Shown here in pieces: positions 38,969 to 47,931 of a stretch of DNA of 64,000 bases (positions are counted from its first letter, which is position 1; every line of letters begins with the position of its first letter). The position numbers and the translations under genes are program-made. This DNA comes from Candidatus Gastranaerophilales bacterium. Its GTDB lineage: Bacteria; Cyanobacteriota; Vampirovibrionia; Gastranaerophilales; Gastranaerophilaceae. The DNA is taken from positions 15,484 through 79,483 of the forward strand of contig CALUYZ010000005.1 in NCBI GenBank assembly GCA_944325175.1, in the 5' to 3' direction. The notes under the pieces were generated by a model. It was not told the origin of the DNA and did not search any database. It was given only the letters and a program-made list of their open reading frames with translations.

Positions 38969-40477
38969 TTATTGCTTTGGATTAATGATGATATTTCCGT
39001 TAATTGTTATTGTTGAATTATCACCCATTATTATGACATATTTTGCATTGTCTGCAAGAAGATCTGAATCAAGGGTAATTTTTTTGCCGTCAACATTAAT
39101 TACCTTGTTTTCAGGAACAGGTGCTACCGTTTTTTGCTTTCTTGGTTGTGCAACTATGTCATCAATGTATTTTTCGTCTTGTTTGCTCAAATACGCACTT
39201 TTGAAAATCTTAACACCGTCTTCTTTTGCTTTTTCAATTAACCCTTTTACTAAGTTACGTATTTTTTCAGTAAACGGTTTGCTTCTGTCGCTTGATATCG
39301 ATATTGATTTGCAGCCTACCTCTTTAACGACATTATAAAAGCCGTAAACATCAGCCTCATTGTCATTTACTCCTTCTAAGAATATATATTTTAAGCGCAA
39401 ATTTGCATTTTCGAGAGGATATTTTTTAAGATTTTCTACTACTTTATTGAAACAATCTACTTTTTTAATTTTTAAAAATGTTTCAGGCGTTCCGCTGTCA
39501 AGAGATGTTAAGACATTTACAGTTCTTCCTGTTTTTAAAAATTCTGCAAATTTTTCATTGTATATGGTCATATTTGTAACAAATCTTACTTTCCATTTTG
39601 TACTGAAAAGTATGTCAAAAATTTCATTGCAGTTTTTATTTGCGCACAACTCACCGTTTGAGAGTTCTATTGTTGTATTTGAATTGTTATATTCAGGTAT
39701 TTCCGAAAGTTGTTTTAATGTCTCATAGGTTGTTAAACCTTCAGGATTTTCTTTGAATTTTTGAAATCTGTTTTGTACAAAACAATACGAACATCTTAAA
39801 TTACAAACATCGCCGGGGTGATTTGTTGCAAAACAAAAGTAATCAAGTTTAATGTCACGAGGGTAAAAACCTTCTTTTAGATATTTACAACTGTCGCATG
39901 CGGTGGGTACGCCATTTTTAATGTCTTCTAACAATTTGACTGTATAATTTTCCCAATGTGCTATTCTTTCTTGAACAGTACCTGATGTTTTAACGGATGG
40001 GTGTTTACCTATACAGCATGGTGAAAAATTATCAACACGATAATCTATAAAATGCCCTATAAAACCGCAACTCAATTTATATTCTAAATTTGCTTCAAAA
40101 AAGTGAATCTTTTTGGGGTCATAGTGTTTAGCTAGTTTCTTTGCAGTTGTATTAGCTATTTTATAGGTTACCCAAATATCGTTTTCCGGATACTGCTTTA
40201 GAACTTCTGCTAATGGCATGACTTTATATTTGTTTAAGTATGGCCTGTTCTTGTATTTTTCAACTTCTTCTTCGCTGCCTGTAAAAACAACAGGTTCACC
40301 TGCAATAGATATGTATTTGCTCATTGAATTGGGAACATGTGCAGGAATACCATAAAATACCGGTGCCAAGTCTTTTTTATCTTGTGAGTCGTCTTTTTTG
40401 TCTTGTGAGTCGTCTTTTTTGTCTTGTGAATTTTGAAATAAATTTGCTATGTTGAATTCCATTGTATTTAACTCCAA
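38969..40477 (-). CDS. Radical SAM protein of unknown function with an uncharacterised N-terminal domain and an acidic/basic tandem repeat
   Basis: CNLRCSYC (Cx3Cx2C). Additional Cys-rich stretch (CC...C..C) upstream of the core. N-terminal (DSQDKKD)x3. GGAG RBS. Confidence 0.75.
   Translation of the reverse strand: MELNTMEFNIANLFQNSQDKKDDSQDKKDDSQDKKDLAPVFYGIPAHVPNSMSKYISIAGEPVVFTGSEEEVEKYKNRPYLNKYKVMPLAEVLKQYPENDIWVTYKIANTTAKKLAKHYDPKKIHFFEANLEYKLSCGFIGHFIDYRVDNFSPCCIGKHPSVKTSGTVQERIAHWENYTVKLLEDIKNGVPTACDSCKYLKEGFYPRDIKLDYFCFATNHPGDVCNLRCSYCFVQNRFQKFKENPEGLTTYETLKQLSEIPEYNNSNTTIELSNGELCANKNCNEIFDILFSTKWKVRFVTNMTIYNEKFAEFLKTGRTVNVLTSLDSGTPETFLKIKKVDCFNKVVENLKKYPLENANLRLKYIFLEGVNDNEADVYGFYNVVKEVGCKSISISSDRSKPFTEKIRNLVKGLIEKAKEDGVKIFKSAYLSKQDEKYIDDIVAQPRKQKTVAPVPENKVINVDGKKITLDSDLLADNAKYVIIMGDNSTITINGNIIINPKQ
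40370..40432. repeat. 3 x 21-bp in-frame tandem repeat inside the radical SAM gene
   Basis: gtcttttttRtcttgtgagtc repeated three times, last copy diverged. Encodes SQDKKDD repeats on the minus strand. Confidence 0.85.
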
Positions 40478-40595
40478 TTTATACTAATTACACCAATTAT
40501 AATTTGATTTTTGGCAAAAACTGCTTTATTTTTGATAAATACAGTATATGATTGACATTTATCAAAAAATATATTTTATTTGTTTTGCAATTTTG

Positions 40596-41177
40596 TCAGA
40601 TTAAATTTACAAGCCCTGTCGAGTGGTCGAAGTGGCACTTTGCGATTAAAAGTTTATTTTCTTTTACTGCTTCTTTTACTATTTTTGATTTTTCAAGAAG
40701 AGTTTCTTCTACCCATTTTGTGTGCTCTTGAGCAAAATAATTGTGGCATTTTATGTCTTCTTTTTTATCTAAAACGGGGTAAACGCATTTCATGATTGAT
40801 TGAAAATTTTCTGTCATATTGGGATAGTGCTCTTTTGCATATTTCATAACTCCGCAATCATCGTGCCCAAGCAAAATTAACAACGGGACATTTAATTTTT
40901 TTACAGCATATTCAATGCTTTCAACAACATTTGGACCCAATGTAATTCCTGCAACTCTAATTACAAAAAGTTCGCCTATTCCGCAGTCAAAAATAATTTC
41001 AGGTACTACCCTTGAATCGGAACAGCTTAAAACAGCAGCGTATGGTTCTTGATGAAATGCGAATTTTTTTAACGTGTCAAGGCACATATTGCTTGCCGTT
41101 AAATTTCCTTTTACAAAGTTTTTATTTCCTTCAAGAAGCCTTGTTAATTCGTTTTTTCCAAGTTGGTTTTCTGTCAT
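40596..41177 (-). CDS. Beta-class carbonic anhydrase
   Basis: Zinc-ligand motifs CSDSR and GHDDCG. Confidence 0.88.
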   Translation of the reverse strand: MTENQLGKNELTRLLEGNKNFVKGNLTASNMCLDTLKKFAFHQEPYAAVLSCSDSRVVPEIIFDCGIGELFVIRVAGITLGPNVVESIEYAVKKLNVPLLILLGHDDCGVMKYAKEHYPNMTENFQSIMKCVYPVLDKKEDIKCHNYFAQEHTKWVEETLLEKSKIVKEAVKENKLLIAKCHFDHSTGLVNLI

Positions 41178-41236
41178 TTTTTCTCCAAAAATTATTATAT
41201 TTTCTTTGTTATTTTTTGTAAAATTGTAAATTTTTT

Positions 41237-41267
41237 AAAGGCAAAAGTTATAAATACATTTGCCTTT
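41237..41267. terminator. Hairpin downstream of the 41315-42676 gene
   Basis: aaaggcaaa-N13-tttgccttt. The U-run on the relevant (minus) strand is poor, so the call is weak. Confidence 0.4.
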
Positions 41268-41314
41268 TATTAAGTTTAATTCCTCTTAATTGTAATAATT
41301 TTAACCGTTGTTTT

Positions 41315-42676
41315 TTAAGAATTTTTTATAAAAACATGATACTGTGTTCCGTAATTTGTGGTTTGTTTTTGGATATGATCAGATGCTTCTCTTCCGTCAC
41401 CAAGAGCTATTGAAATGTGACCATGGGGGTGATTTGATGAATTTTCCCAAACTACAATAGCGCCTTCAGGAAGATTGACAAGTTCGGATGCATTTTCGTA
41501 TTGATTTGTAACTTCAACAAAATCGCTTCTGGATTGTAAAGCAGGTATTGCTTGATAAGCGCTGTTATAGCTTAAACGAAAACCATAAACTTTTTCCAGC
41601 GTATTATTAACTCCTTTTAAGCACCAACCGGTTGTGCCCATTGAATTTGCAGTTTGTTCGGCGGCAGATGCCAATGTGCTGTTTGAAGGTAAGTTTCCTG
41701 TATAGGTTGTTGTTCCTGTTGAATATGTTGGTGTTGTGCTTGATATATTTTGTTTTGCACTTTGCTCTTTTATGGCTTTTACTTGAACTAAAAGCTCGAT
41801 ATCGTTTGTAAGTTTTAGAGTGTTTGTTGTTAGCTGAATTTCAGCCTGTTCTATGTTTGATTCAAGATTTTCAATTTGCGATTTCAAGGTTGAATCTTCA
41901 TATACCCTATCTTCCATTGTGTGGGTTTGATAGTATTCATTCATTAAATTTGTCATTAGCCCGCTTTGGCTGTCTGTTAAGCTTGAATTATCGGCCTCAA
42001 GCTCTTTGTTGCTATTTTCCGCTGTTTTTATATTTTTATTCGCATTTGTAATTAAGTAATTTAATTTTGTTATTTCACCATTTAATTTTTCTATTTCTTT
42101 TTGAAGTTCGTTAATTTTATCTGCATCTTGATTTGATGATTTTTGAAGTGTTTCAATTTCTTCTTCTTTTTCTTTAATTTCTTTTTCTTTTAGTTCAATT
42201 TCTTCTTTGGCTTCTTCTATTGATATTTTATTTTCTGTAATTATGCTTAAATTTTCTTGAATAGTGCCTGTGTTAAGAGCTATATTTGATATTATATTTT
42301 TAAGCTCTTCATCATATTTTTTCTGTACTTCTTTTGGAATAACATCTGTGCCGTTTGCAAAAATTGCTTCTATTGCATTTTTGCAAGTTTCAATATATGC
42401 ATCAGTTTCTGTTTGTTTATCTTTAATTTCTTGTTGTTTTTCTTCTATTTCTTTTTGAATATCTTCCGTTGTTTTAGAACTTGAAAGCATTTCTTCATAG
42501 CTTGTTTCACTTGTTTCATTTAATTCTACAAGTTCATCTTCAAGTGTTTGATAGTATGCTTCTTTTATTTTACTAACGCCGTATGTACCTGATGTTTCAG
42601 CTTTTTTTACTGTTTCGCTGCCTGAAATTGCACCGGTTATTTTTTTTAGTATTGAATTTATGTAGTTATAGCTCAT
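41315..42676 (-). CDS. Coiled-coil protein with C-terminal papain-like Cys/His hydrolase domain (CHAP/NlpC-P60 superfamily-like); no signal peptide
   Basis: About 300 aa of E/K/Q-rich heptad sequence. The C-terminal ~120 aa have GWCLKGV (candidate nucleophile Cys) and HPHGHISIALGDG (candidate His), spaced as in CHAP/amidase folds. The N-terminus is hydrophilic. Confidence 0.65.
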   Translation of the reverse strand: MSYNYINSILKKITGAISGSETVKKAETSGTYGVSKIKEAYYQTLEDELVELNETSETSYEEMLSSSKTTEDIQKEIEEKQQEIKDKQTETDAYIETCKNAIEAIFANGTDVIPKEVQKKYDEELKNIISNIALNTGTIQENLSIITENKISIEEAKEEIELKEKEIKEKEEEIETLQKSSNQDADKINELQKEIEKLNGEITKLNYLITNANKNIKTAENSNKELEADNSSLTDSQSGLMTNLMNEYYQTHTMEDRVYEDSTLKSQIENLESNIEQAEIQLTTNTLKLTNDIELLVQVKAIKEQSAKQNISSTTPTYSTGTTTYTGNLPSNSTLASAAEQTANSMGTTGWCLKGVNNTLEKVYGFRLSYNSAYQAIPALQSRSDFVEVTNQYENASELVNLPEGAIVVWENSSNHPHGHISIALGDGREASDHIQKQTTNYGTQYHVFIKNS

Positions 42677-42690
42677 TCACTTTATCCTTA

Positions 42691-45573
42691 TTATTTTTCT
42701 TCGTCTTCAAAATCAAGTTCATAATCATATCCGTCTTCGCCTTCGATTATGGTGGTTGAACTTGAAGAACTTTCATTGGATTGAATTTGCATGGTGCTTT
42801 CTTGTTCGATGTTATCTTCTTTTATTTCGTCATTTGTTTCTTCGCTTGTTAAGCCTGATTCTTTGTCATTTTGTGTTTCTATAAAGCTGTTTGAATTATC
42901 AACTTTTACAAAGTCTTCTTCTTCGCATGGAATATCTTCTGTTTTATCGTCAACTGTTTCATCAGGAATTTTTTCAGGCTCATTTTCTTCTGTTGTTACC
43001 TCTTCATTGCTTGTTTCAGGAGCCTTATCAATAATTATTGTTTCTTTGTCTTCATTTGTTTCTGATGTTGTTTGTTCGGGTTCTTGAGTTTTTAGAGGTA
43101 TGTCATTTGCTGTTTCTTCCTGTTTTGGTTCTGTTATTTCTTCCGTTGTTTCTTGGTCTTGAATTGGGGGTTCAATATTTGGATTATCGGGAATGACATC
43201 ATCCTCTGGTTCACATGGTTTTTTGTCAATAATTGTTGTATCTTCATCTTTGTTCATTTTATCAAGAATTTCTTGAAGAATATCTTCAATTTTGCTTGTA
43301 TCTACATTGTTGTTTACGTTGGTTGAATTATCAATACTTCCTATATTCGTGGAATTATCCGTATTGTTATTTGTTGTTGAATTATCTTGATAAATATTGG
43401 TTGTTGAATTATCAGTATAATTGTTGCTGTTATTTATTGAATTATCAGTAGAATTATTACTGTTTGATACTGAATTATCGTTTGTAATATCCGTATTGGT
43501 TGTTGTGTTATTTTGAGTATTGTTACTGTTTGTTGTTGTATTGTTATTTGTTATGTTATTTTCAGGATTTTTAGATGTTTCTTCTTCTTTTATTTCATTC
43601 AATTTTTGATTTAATATGATTAAAACTTGTTGGTATCCGCTTACATCACAACCTATGCTTTGCGATGTTTGAATATCTGTTTGAATTTTGCTTATGATTG
43701 AATAAATTTCATCTAATGATGTTGCTTTATCTGCATTGCTGATATAAATTTGTACTTTAGAATTTATTGCTGCCTCTTCACGACGTTTTAGCGTTTCAAT
43801 AAGAGATTGCGCACCTGAAACACTTACTGAAATGGAAGAATATTTTGATATCATAGAGCTTATTTCGCTCAATAATTGACGTCTTTCAGAACTTGTAGTT
43901 GCGCTATTAACTCTGTTTTCAAATGCTTTTATTTCTTCATCTACAAGAATTTGTTGAGTTTGCCTGATTTCTTTTAATTTTGCTTCAAGTCTGCTGCAAT
44001 CAAGCCCTTCTATTTGCTTTAATTCTTCATAATTTGCACTAAGTTCAATGTAAAGCTCTTCAAGCTCAAAAACAGAAAGGTTTGCAAGACTTATGCTTTG
44101 TACGTAGCTGTCTAACTCTTTTTGCGCTTCAGATTTTAGTGTTTCTGATGTTTTATTTATATCATCTGTGCTTGTCTCATATTGTGTTGAATTTTTATCT
44201 ACTTGTTGCGCAGTTGTTGCTGCTTGATTGCTTCCATTGACAAGACCTTGTACGGTTCCTGTTATGCCGTTATTTGCACTGTTTCCTGTTGTATAGGTGT
44301 TAAGCATTGTTTCAGCTGTTGTGTCAGCTTCTTTTTGGTTTGTTTCCTGTATTTTTTCAAGCAACTTTTCTAATTTCGATGTATCAAGACCTTTGCCTTC
44401 TGCATCTTTAATTAATGTTGAAATATCTTCATACAAGGTATTAAGGGTTGTTGTATCAGATATTACTTCATCGGTTACATCTAAACTTACTTGTTGTGCG
44501 TATGAATCAAGATATTCTTGTGCATATTTAAGGCTGTCATCTCCTGTTCCTAATTTTGTCATCAGTTCATTCAAGCCTTCAATCTCGATGCCGTATGTTT
44601 TACTAACCTCATAAAAAGGTTCTAATTTTGTTTGTGCTTCTATAATTTTATCTATATTTTCTGTAATGCTTCCTACATCTGTTATATCGTCAAAGTTAAA
44701 TTCGCTGTCAAGCAGCCCTTTTAAGTCGCTATTAACCTCATCTACTACTGTTTTTCCGCCATTTTGAAGTTTTTCTGCTGCCAAATTCCATGAATTATCG
44801 AGTCTGTCTGCTGTGTTTGTTATATTTTGTTGTAATTCAGCTAATTTTCTTTCCATTTCTTCATTCTGTTTAGATGAAGTGTATGCCCAAATTCCTGCGC
44901 CTACTGCTACAATTCCTGCTATTCCGGCCACTACCCAACCTGCAACCGGAACTGCAGCTGCAACTGCTGCTACCGTGCCTGCACCGCTTGTTACTGCAGC
45001 TGCTGATATTGCTGCAGCCGAAGAGGCTATGCAATATGCCGGAACCACAACTGCTACTGCGCCTGCAACGCCTGACGTTACAGCCTTTCCAACAACTCCG
45101 TTTTTCTCAAATTCAACGCCTGCCGCTTTTCCAAGTTCGCCTATTGCAATAGACATATTCGTCATATCTGCAAGAACTGCTGCAATTTCATCAGGATTAT
45201 CTTCATCCAATGATGCAATTTTTTTATCCAGTTCATTTACTTCATCTTCAATTTTTTCAAATATTGCAATAAGGTCATCAAGGCTGCTGTCTTCTGTCAG
45301 CTTGCTTATACCTGTTGAATTTGCATAAATTTTATAACTGTCGTAGTCAAAACCTTCAGGATATTCCTCTTCACCCTGAACTTCGCCTTCTTCGCCCAGT
45401 TGTATTTCTTGGTATTCGTCTTCGTTTATTTGTTCTGCCTTATTGCTTGCTATATAATTTGAAATAATTTCTTGCTTTTCTGATGTAGTTGATGCATTGT
45501 TTATTTCATTTAAAATAGCCTGTGAGTTAACCCTGTAGTATTTCCCGCTAATTTCCACTGAATATTCGCTCAT
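42691..45573 (-). CDS. Giant (~960 aa) hypothetical protein: soluble N-domain, Gly/Ala-zipper membrane core, about five helical repeats, Asn/Thr-rich DNS-repeat tract, highly acidic tail
   Basis: AAGGAAGG RBS before the ATG at 45573. Hydrophobic small-residue region at nt 44881-45096. Repeats share a ..LDSY.Q..SL....LY..IS.....G.D.S.LE.L..I pattern. 14-nt gap to the downstream hydrolase gene suggests an operon. Confidence 0.7.
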   Translation of the reverse strand: MSEYSVEISGKYYRVNSQAILNEINNASTTSEKQEIISNYIASNKAEQINEDEYQEIQLGEEGEVQGEEEYPEGFDYDSYKIYANSTGISKLTEDSSLDDLIAIFEKIEDEVNELDKKIASLDEDNPDEIAAVLADMTNMSIAIGELGKAAGVEFEKNGVVGKAVTSGVAGAVAVVVPAYCIASSAAAISAAAVTSGAGTVAAVAAAVPVAGWVVAGIAGIVAVGAGIWAYTSSKQNEEMERKLAELQQNITNTADRLDNSWNLAAEKLQNGGKTVVDEVNSDLKGLLDSEFNFDDITDVGSITENIDKIIEAQTKLEPFYEVSKTYGIEIEGLNELMTKLGTGDDSLKYAQEYLDSYAQQVSLDVTDEVISDTTTLNTLYEDISTLIKDAEGKGLDTSKLEKLLEKIQETNQKEADTTAETMLNTYTTGNSANNGITGTVQGLVNGSNQAATTAQQVDKNSTQYETSTDDINKTSETLKSEAQKELDSYVQSISLANLSVFELEELYIELSANYEELKQIEGLDCSRLEAKLKEIRQTQQILVDEEIKAFENRVNSATTSSERRQLLSEISSMISKYSSISVSVSGAQSLIETLKRREEAAINSKVQIYISNADKATSLDEIYSIISKIQTDIQTSQSIGCDVSGYQQVLIILNQKLNEIKEEETSKNPENNITNNNTTTNSNNTQNNTTTNTDITNDNSVSNSNNSTDNSINNSNNYTDNSTTNIYQDNSTTNNNTDNSTNIGSIDNSTNVNNNVDTSKIEDILQEILDKMNKDEDTTIIDKKPCEPEDDVIPDNPNIEPPIQDQETTEEITEPKQEETANDIPLKTQEPEQTTSETNEDKETIIIDKAPETSNEEVTTEENEPEKIPDETVDDKTEDIPCEEEDFVKVDNSNSFIETQNDKESGLTSEETNDEIKEDNIEQESTMQIQSNESSSSSTTIIEGEDGYDYELDFEDEEK

Positions 45574-45758
45574 AAAATACCTTCCTTTTTTTAAGACACA
45601 CTTCATTAAATCGGTTTTTATATTTTTTTTCTTTAGGAAAAAAATTATTTCTTAACAAACTTGTTACATTTAAGTTAATTTTTGTAAAATAATTTTTCTT
45701 TTTTGAAATTTCGCTGTCTATATATACTTTTTACATATATTCTGGAGAAAAATTCGCT

Positions 45759-47807
45759 ATGATTTCTGAATCTTTTGATTTATACCTTTTGAAAAATTCT
45801 GTCACCGTCAATTCTTTGGATGACACTAATTTAGATTTGAAAAGCGCACAAAATGAACAAGGTAAAAAAACAAATTCTACAGATGATGCCTCTGAGGATG
45901 AGTATCTTGAAGTTGATATAAAAGATGATGCCGATGATGAAACTGTTTTATCGGAAGATTTACCTTTAGTAAAAGAAGATGATTCAGATTCTTCAACGGA
46001 TGTTAAAAGCGATGAAAATGCATCTTTCGCATCGGATACCAAGCTTGATTCTTCTTTAGAAACAGAAAATGAAAAAGATGATGCTCAAGGCATAGATATA
46101 AAAGAATTCAAAAATATCATATCCGAAAATTCCAAAAAAGATGAGCTTATGGCAGAATATGGCTATGATAAGATATTTGACTATATCGATGAAAATAATG
46201 ACGGTCAAATTTCAGATGAAGAAATTAAAAATTTAGGTTTTGATATTACCGATATAAAAAATTTAACCGTTGAAAACATTCAAGAGTTGGCTAAACTTGC
46301 AGGTTTGCCTGTTGTGAGCCTTGAAGATGACAATGAAGATAAAAATAAAGATGATTCAATAGGGCTTACTCCTGAACTTTTGGAAAAATTAAAAAAGGCT
46401 TTTAGCGAAGATGACAATTCAAATGTTTTAAGCGAGCAAACAGTTAATACAGCATCACCTGTTAATTATAGTTATACACCCGCTAATACAGGCGTTTCCG
46501 GCGGAAATATTTCAAGTGCAAATTATTCAAATTCAAACGCTTCATCTAAAGCTCAGCCGGATGAAATGTCTATGGATGAGCTTTTAGATGAAAAGCAAAC
46601 AAAACAAAATGCGCTTTCAGATGCAAATTCTAAAGTTGCAGATGTTATGTCTAATAATGACGTTGAAGTTAAAGCAGCAATCGAAAATTCTGATAATAAG
46701 CAAGAAGAATATGAAAAATGCCTTAAAGAAGATGAAAAAATTTCAGATGAGCTAAAAGAAAGGCAAGAAAACAATCAAAAAGATATTGAAAGTAAAGAGA
46801 AAGCTATTTGTGACAAAGAAACTGAAATTGTAGAAGCTGAAGCAAAAATTCAAAATTTAGATAGCGAAATTTCTTTAATCGATAATAAAATTAGCGCACT
46901 TAATGCTTCATTGGCTGCATTGCCAGATAAAACAGAAGATAATCAATCAAGACATTCTGAAATTGATGCTCAAAAAGCAAATATTGAAAGTCAAATTGCA
47001 GATGCAAAGAACGACAAACAAGCAAAAGAAGATGAAAAATCTGAAATTAAAGATAAAAAAAACGATAATGAAAAAGAGCTTGAAGAACTGAAAGATGAAC
47101 TTAAAGAACTTGAAGATGAACGAGCTGATATTGAAGATGAAATTTTAAATTCTTGTTCAAATGAAACCAAACAAAAGCTTGAAGCTTGGCAAGATGCAAG
47201 AGAAAATATAGAAACCGTTAAAAATGAAAGACTTGCGCTTTTTAAAGAGGAAGTCCAAACGGCACAAGATGAACTCGATGAAGTTAATTCTTCAATTATG
47301 GAGCTTGAAAATATGCAAATTCAACTTCAAAATCGTGTTGGTGATGAAGGCGAAGATGTTGTTGATTTTGCAACAAAACTTGATGGTCTGAGTGCATCTG
47401 AAATGAAACAAATTATGCAAGCTGCCGGTTGCAGATTTGACGATGGCGCTTGGTGTGCTGATTTTGTTACCTATGTTACAAAACAAATTTATGGAAATGA
47501 TTCCACCCCCGGCAATTTTGCAAACAGTTGTTCCAATACGGCATCTTGTACAACGATAGGTGCTTGGGCAGATGCTAACGGTATTTTAACAACCGATTCA
47601 AGTCAAGTTGAACCGGGTGATTTTATCTTGTATCCAAAAAACGGTTCTTATGGACATATCGGAATAGTAACTTCAGTAAATGCAGATGGTACCGTTAATA
47701 CGGTTGAAGGTAATACAAGTTATGATAACGGCAGCTATAATGGCGGTGTTGTCAATCAATGGACGGGAAGAACCGGCTCTTATGTTTTGATGCATAAGCT
47801 GGCATAG
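45759..47807 (+). CDS. Acidic N-region plus EF-hand-like loop plus long coiled coil plus C-terminal CHAP domain protein; no signal peptide
   Basis: CHAP motifs WCADFVTYV (Cys) and YGHIGIVTSV...TVEGNTS (His, polar). DENNDGQISDEE fits the 12-residue EF-hand loop. About 250 aa E/K-rich coiled coil. Confidence 0.8.
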   Translation: MISESFDLYLLKNSVTVNSLDDTNLDLKSAQNEQGKKTNSTDDASEDEYLEVDIKDDADDETVLSEDLPLVKEDDSDSSTDVKSDENASFASDTKLDSSLETENEKDDAQGIDIKEFKNIISENSKKDELMAEYGYDKIFDYIDENNDGQISDEEIKNLGFDITDIKNLTVENIQELAKLAGLPVVSLEDDNEDKNKDDSIGLTPELLEKLKKAFSEDDNSNVLSEQTVNTASPVNYSYTPANTGVSGGNISSANYSNSNASSKAQPDEMSMDELLDEKQTKQNALSDANSKVADVMSNNDVEVKAAIENSDNKQEEYEKCLKEDEKISDELKERQENNQKDIESKEKAICDKETEIVEAEAKIQNLDSEISLIDNKISALNASLAALPDKTEDNQSRHSEIDAQKANIESQIADAKNDKQAKEDEKSEIKDKKNDNEKELEELKDELKELEDERADIEDEILNSCSNETKQKLEAWQDARENIETVKNERLALFKEEVQTAQDELDEVNSSIMELENMQIQLQNRVGDEGEDVVDFATKLDGLSASEMKQIMQAAGCRFDDGAWCADFVTYVTKQIYGNDSTPGNFANSCSNTASCTTIGAWADANGILTTDSSQVEPGDFILYPKNGSYGHIGIVTSVNADGTVNTVEGNTSYDNGSYNGGVVNQWTGRTGSYVLMHKLA

Positions 47808-47843
47808 AAATATAAATTTACAGAAACAGCATAGCGATTTTTT

Positions 47844-47875
47844 GGCGTCTTATTGATATGAGGCGCCTTTTTTTA
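47844..47875 (+). terminator. Rho-independent terminator
   Basis: ggcgtct-N10-aggcgcc followed by T7. A second hairpin at 47878-47911 may serve the convergent minus-strand gene. Confidence 0.75.
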
Positions 47876-47931
47876 TGTAATAAGAGCCGGCATGGTGACC
47901 GGCCCTTATTATCCTTTGTTTATTTGTAACC

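Noticed and set aside
38985-39728. Plus-strand ORFs inside the radical SAM gene (38985-39338, 39360-39728) and 40580-40795 / 41012-41221 inside the carbonic anhydrase gene
   Set aside because: They are antisense to motif-bearing genes, hydrophobic low-complexity translations typical of AT-rich antisense frames, and lack an RBS.
43300-43570. TGAATTATC-containing repeat tract as a non-coding minisatellite or array
   Set aside because: It is in frame within the long minus-strand ORF and translates to an Asn/Thr/Ser-rich DNS-repeat low-complexity region.
44813-45328. Ala/Thr/Pro-rich plus-strand ORFs (44813-45328, 44874-45152), and similar ORFs at 17226-17525, 17546-17776 and 17601-17861
   Set aside because: They lie antisense to or out of frame within the GC-richer Gly/Ala-coding stretches of the long, RBS-preceded genes. 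These are compositional shadow ORFs with no start context.
41315-47807. Prophage lysis cassette or tape-measure/tail-lysin remnant
   Set aside because: No terminase, portal, capsid, tail, integrase or recognisable holin genes are present, and the flanks are housekeeping genes (carbonic anhydrase, pilin-like genes). It is kept only as an alternative to be tested by profile searches.
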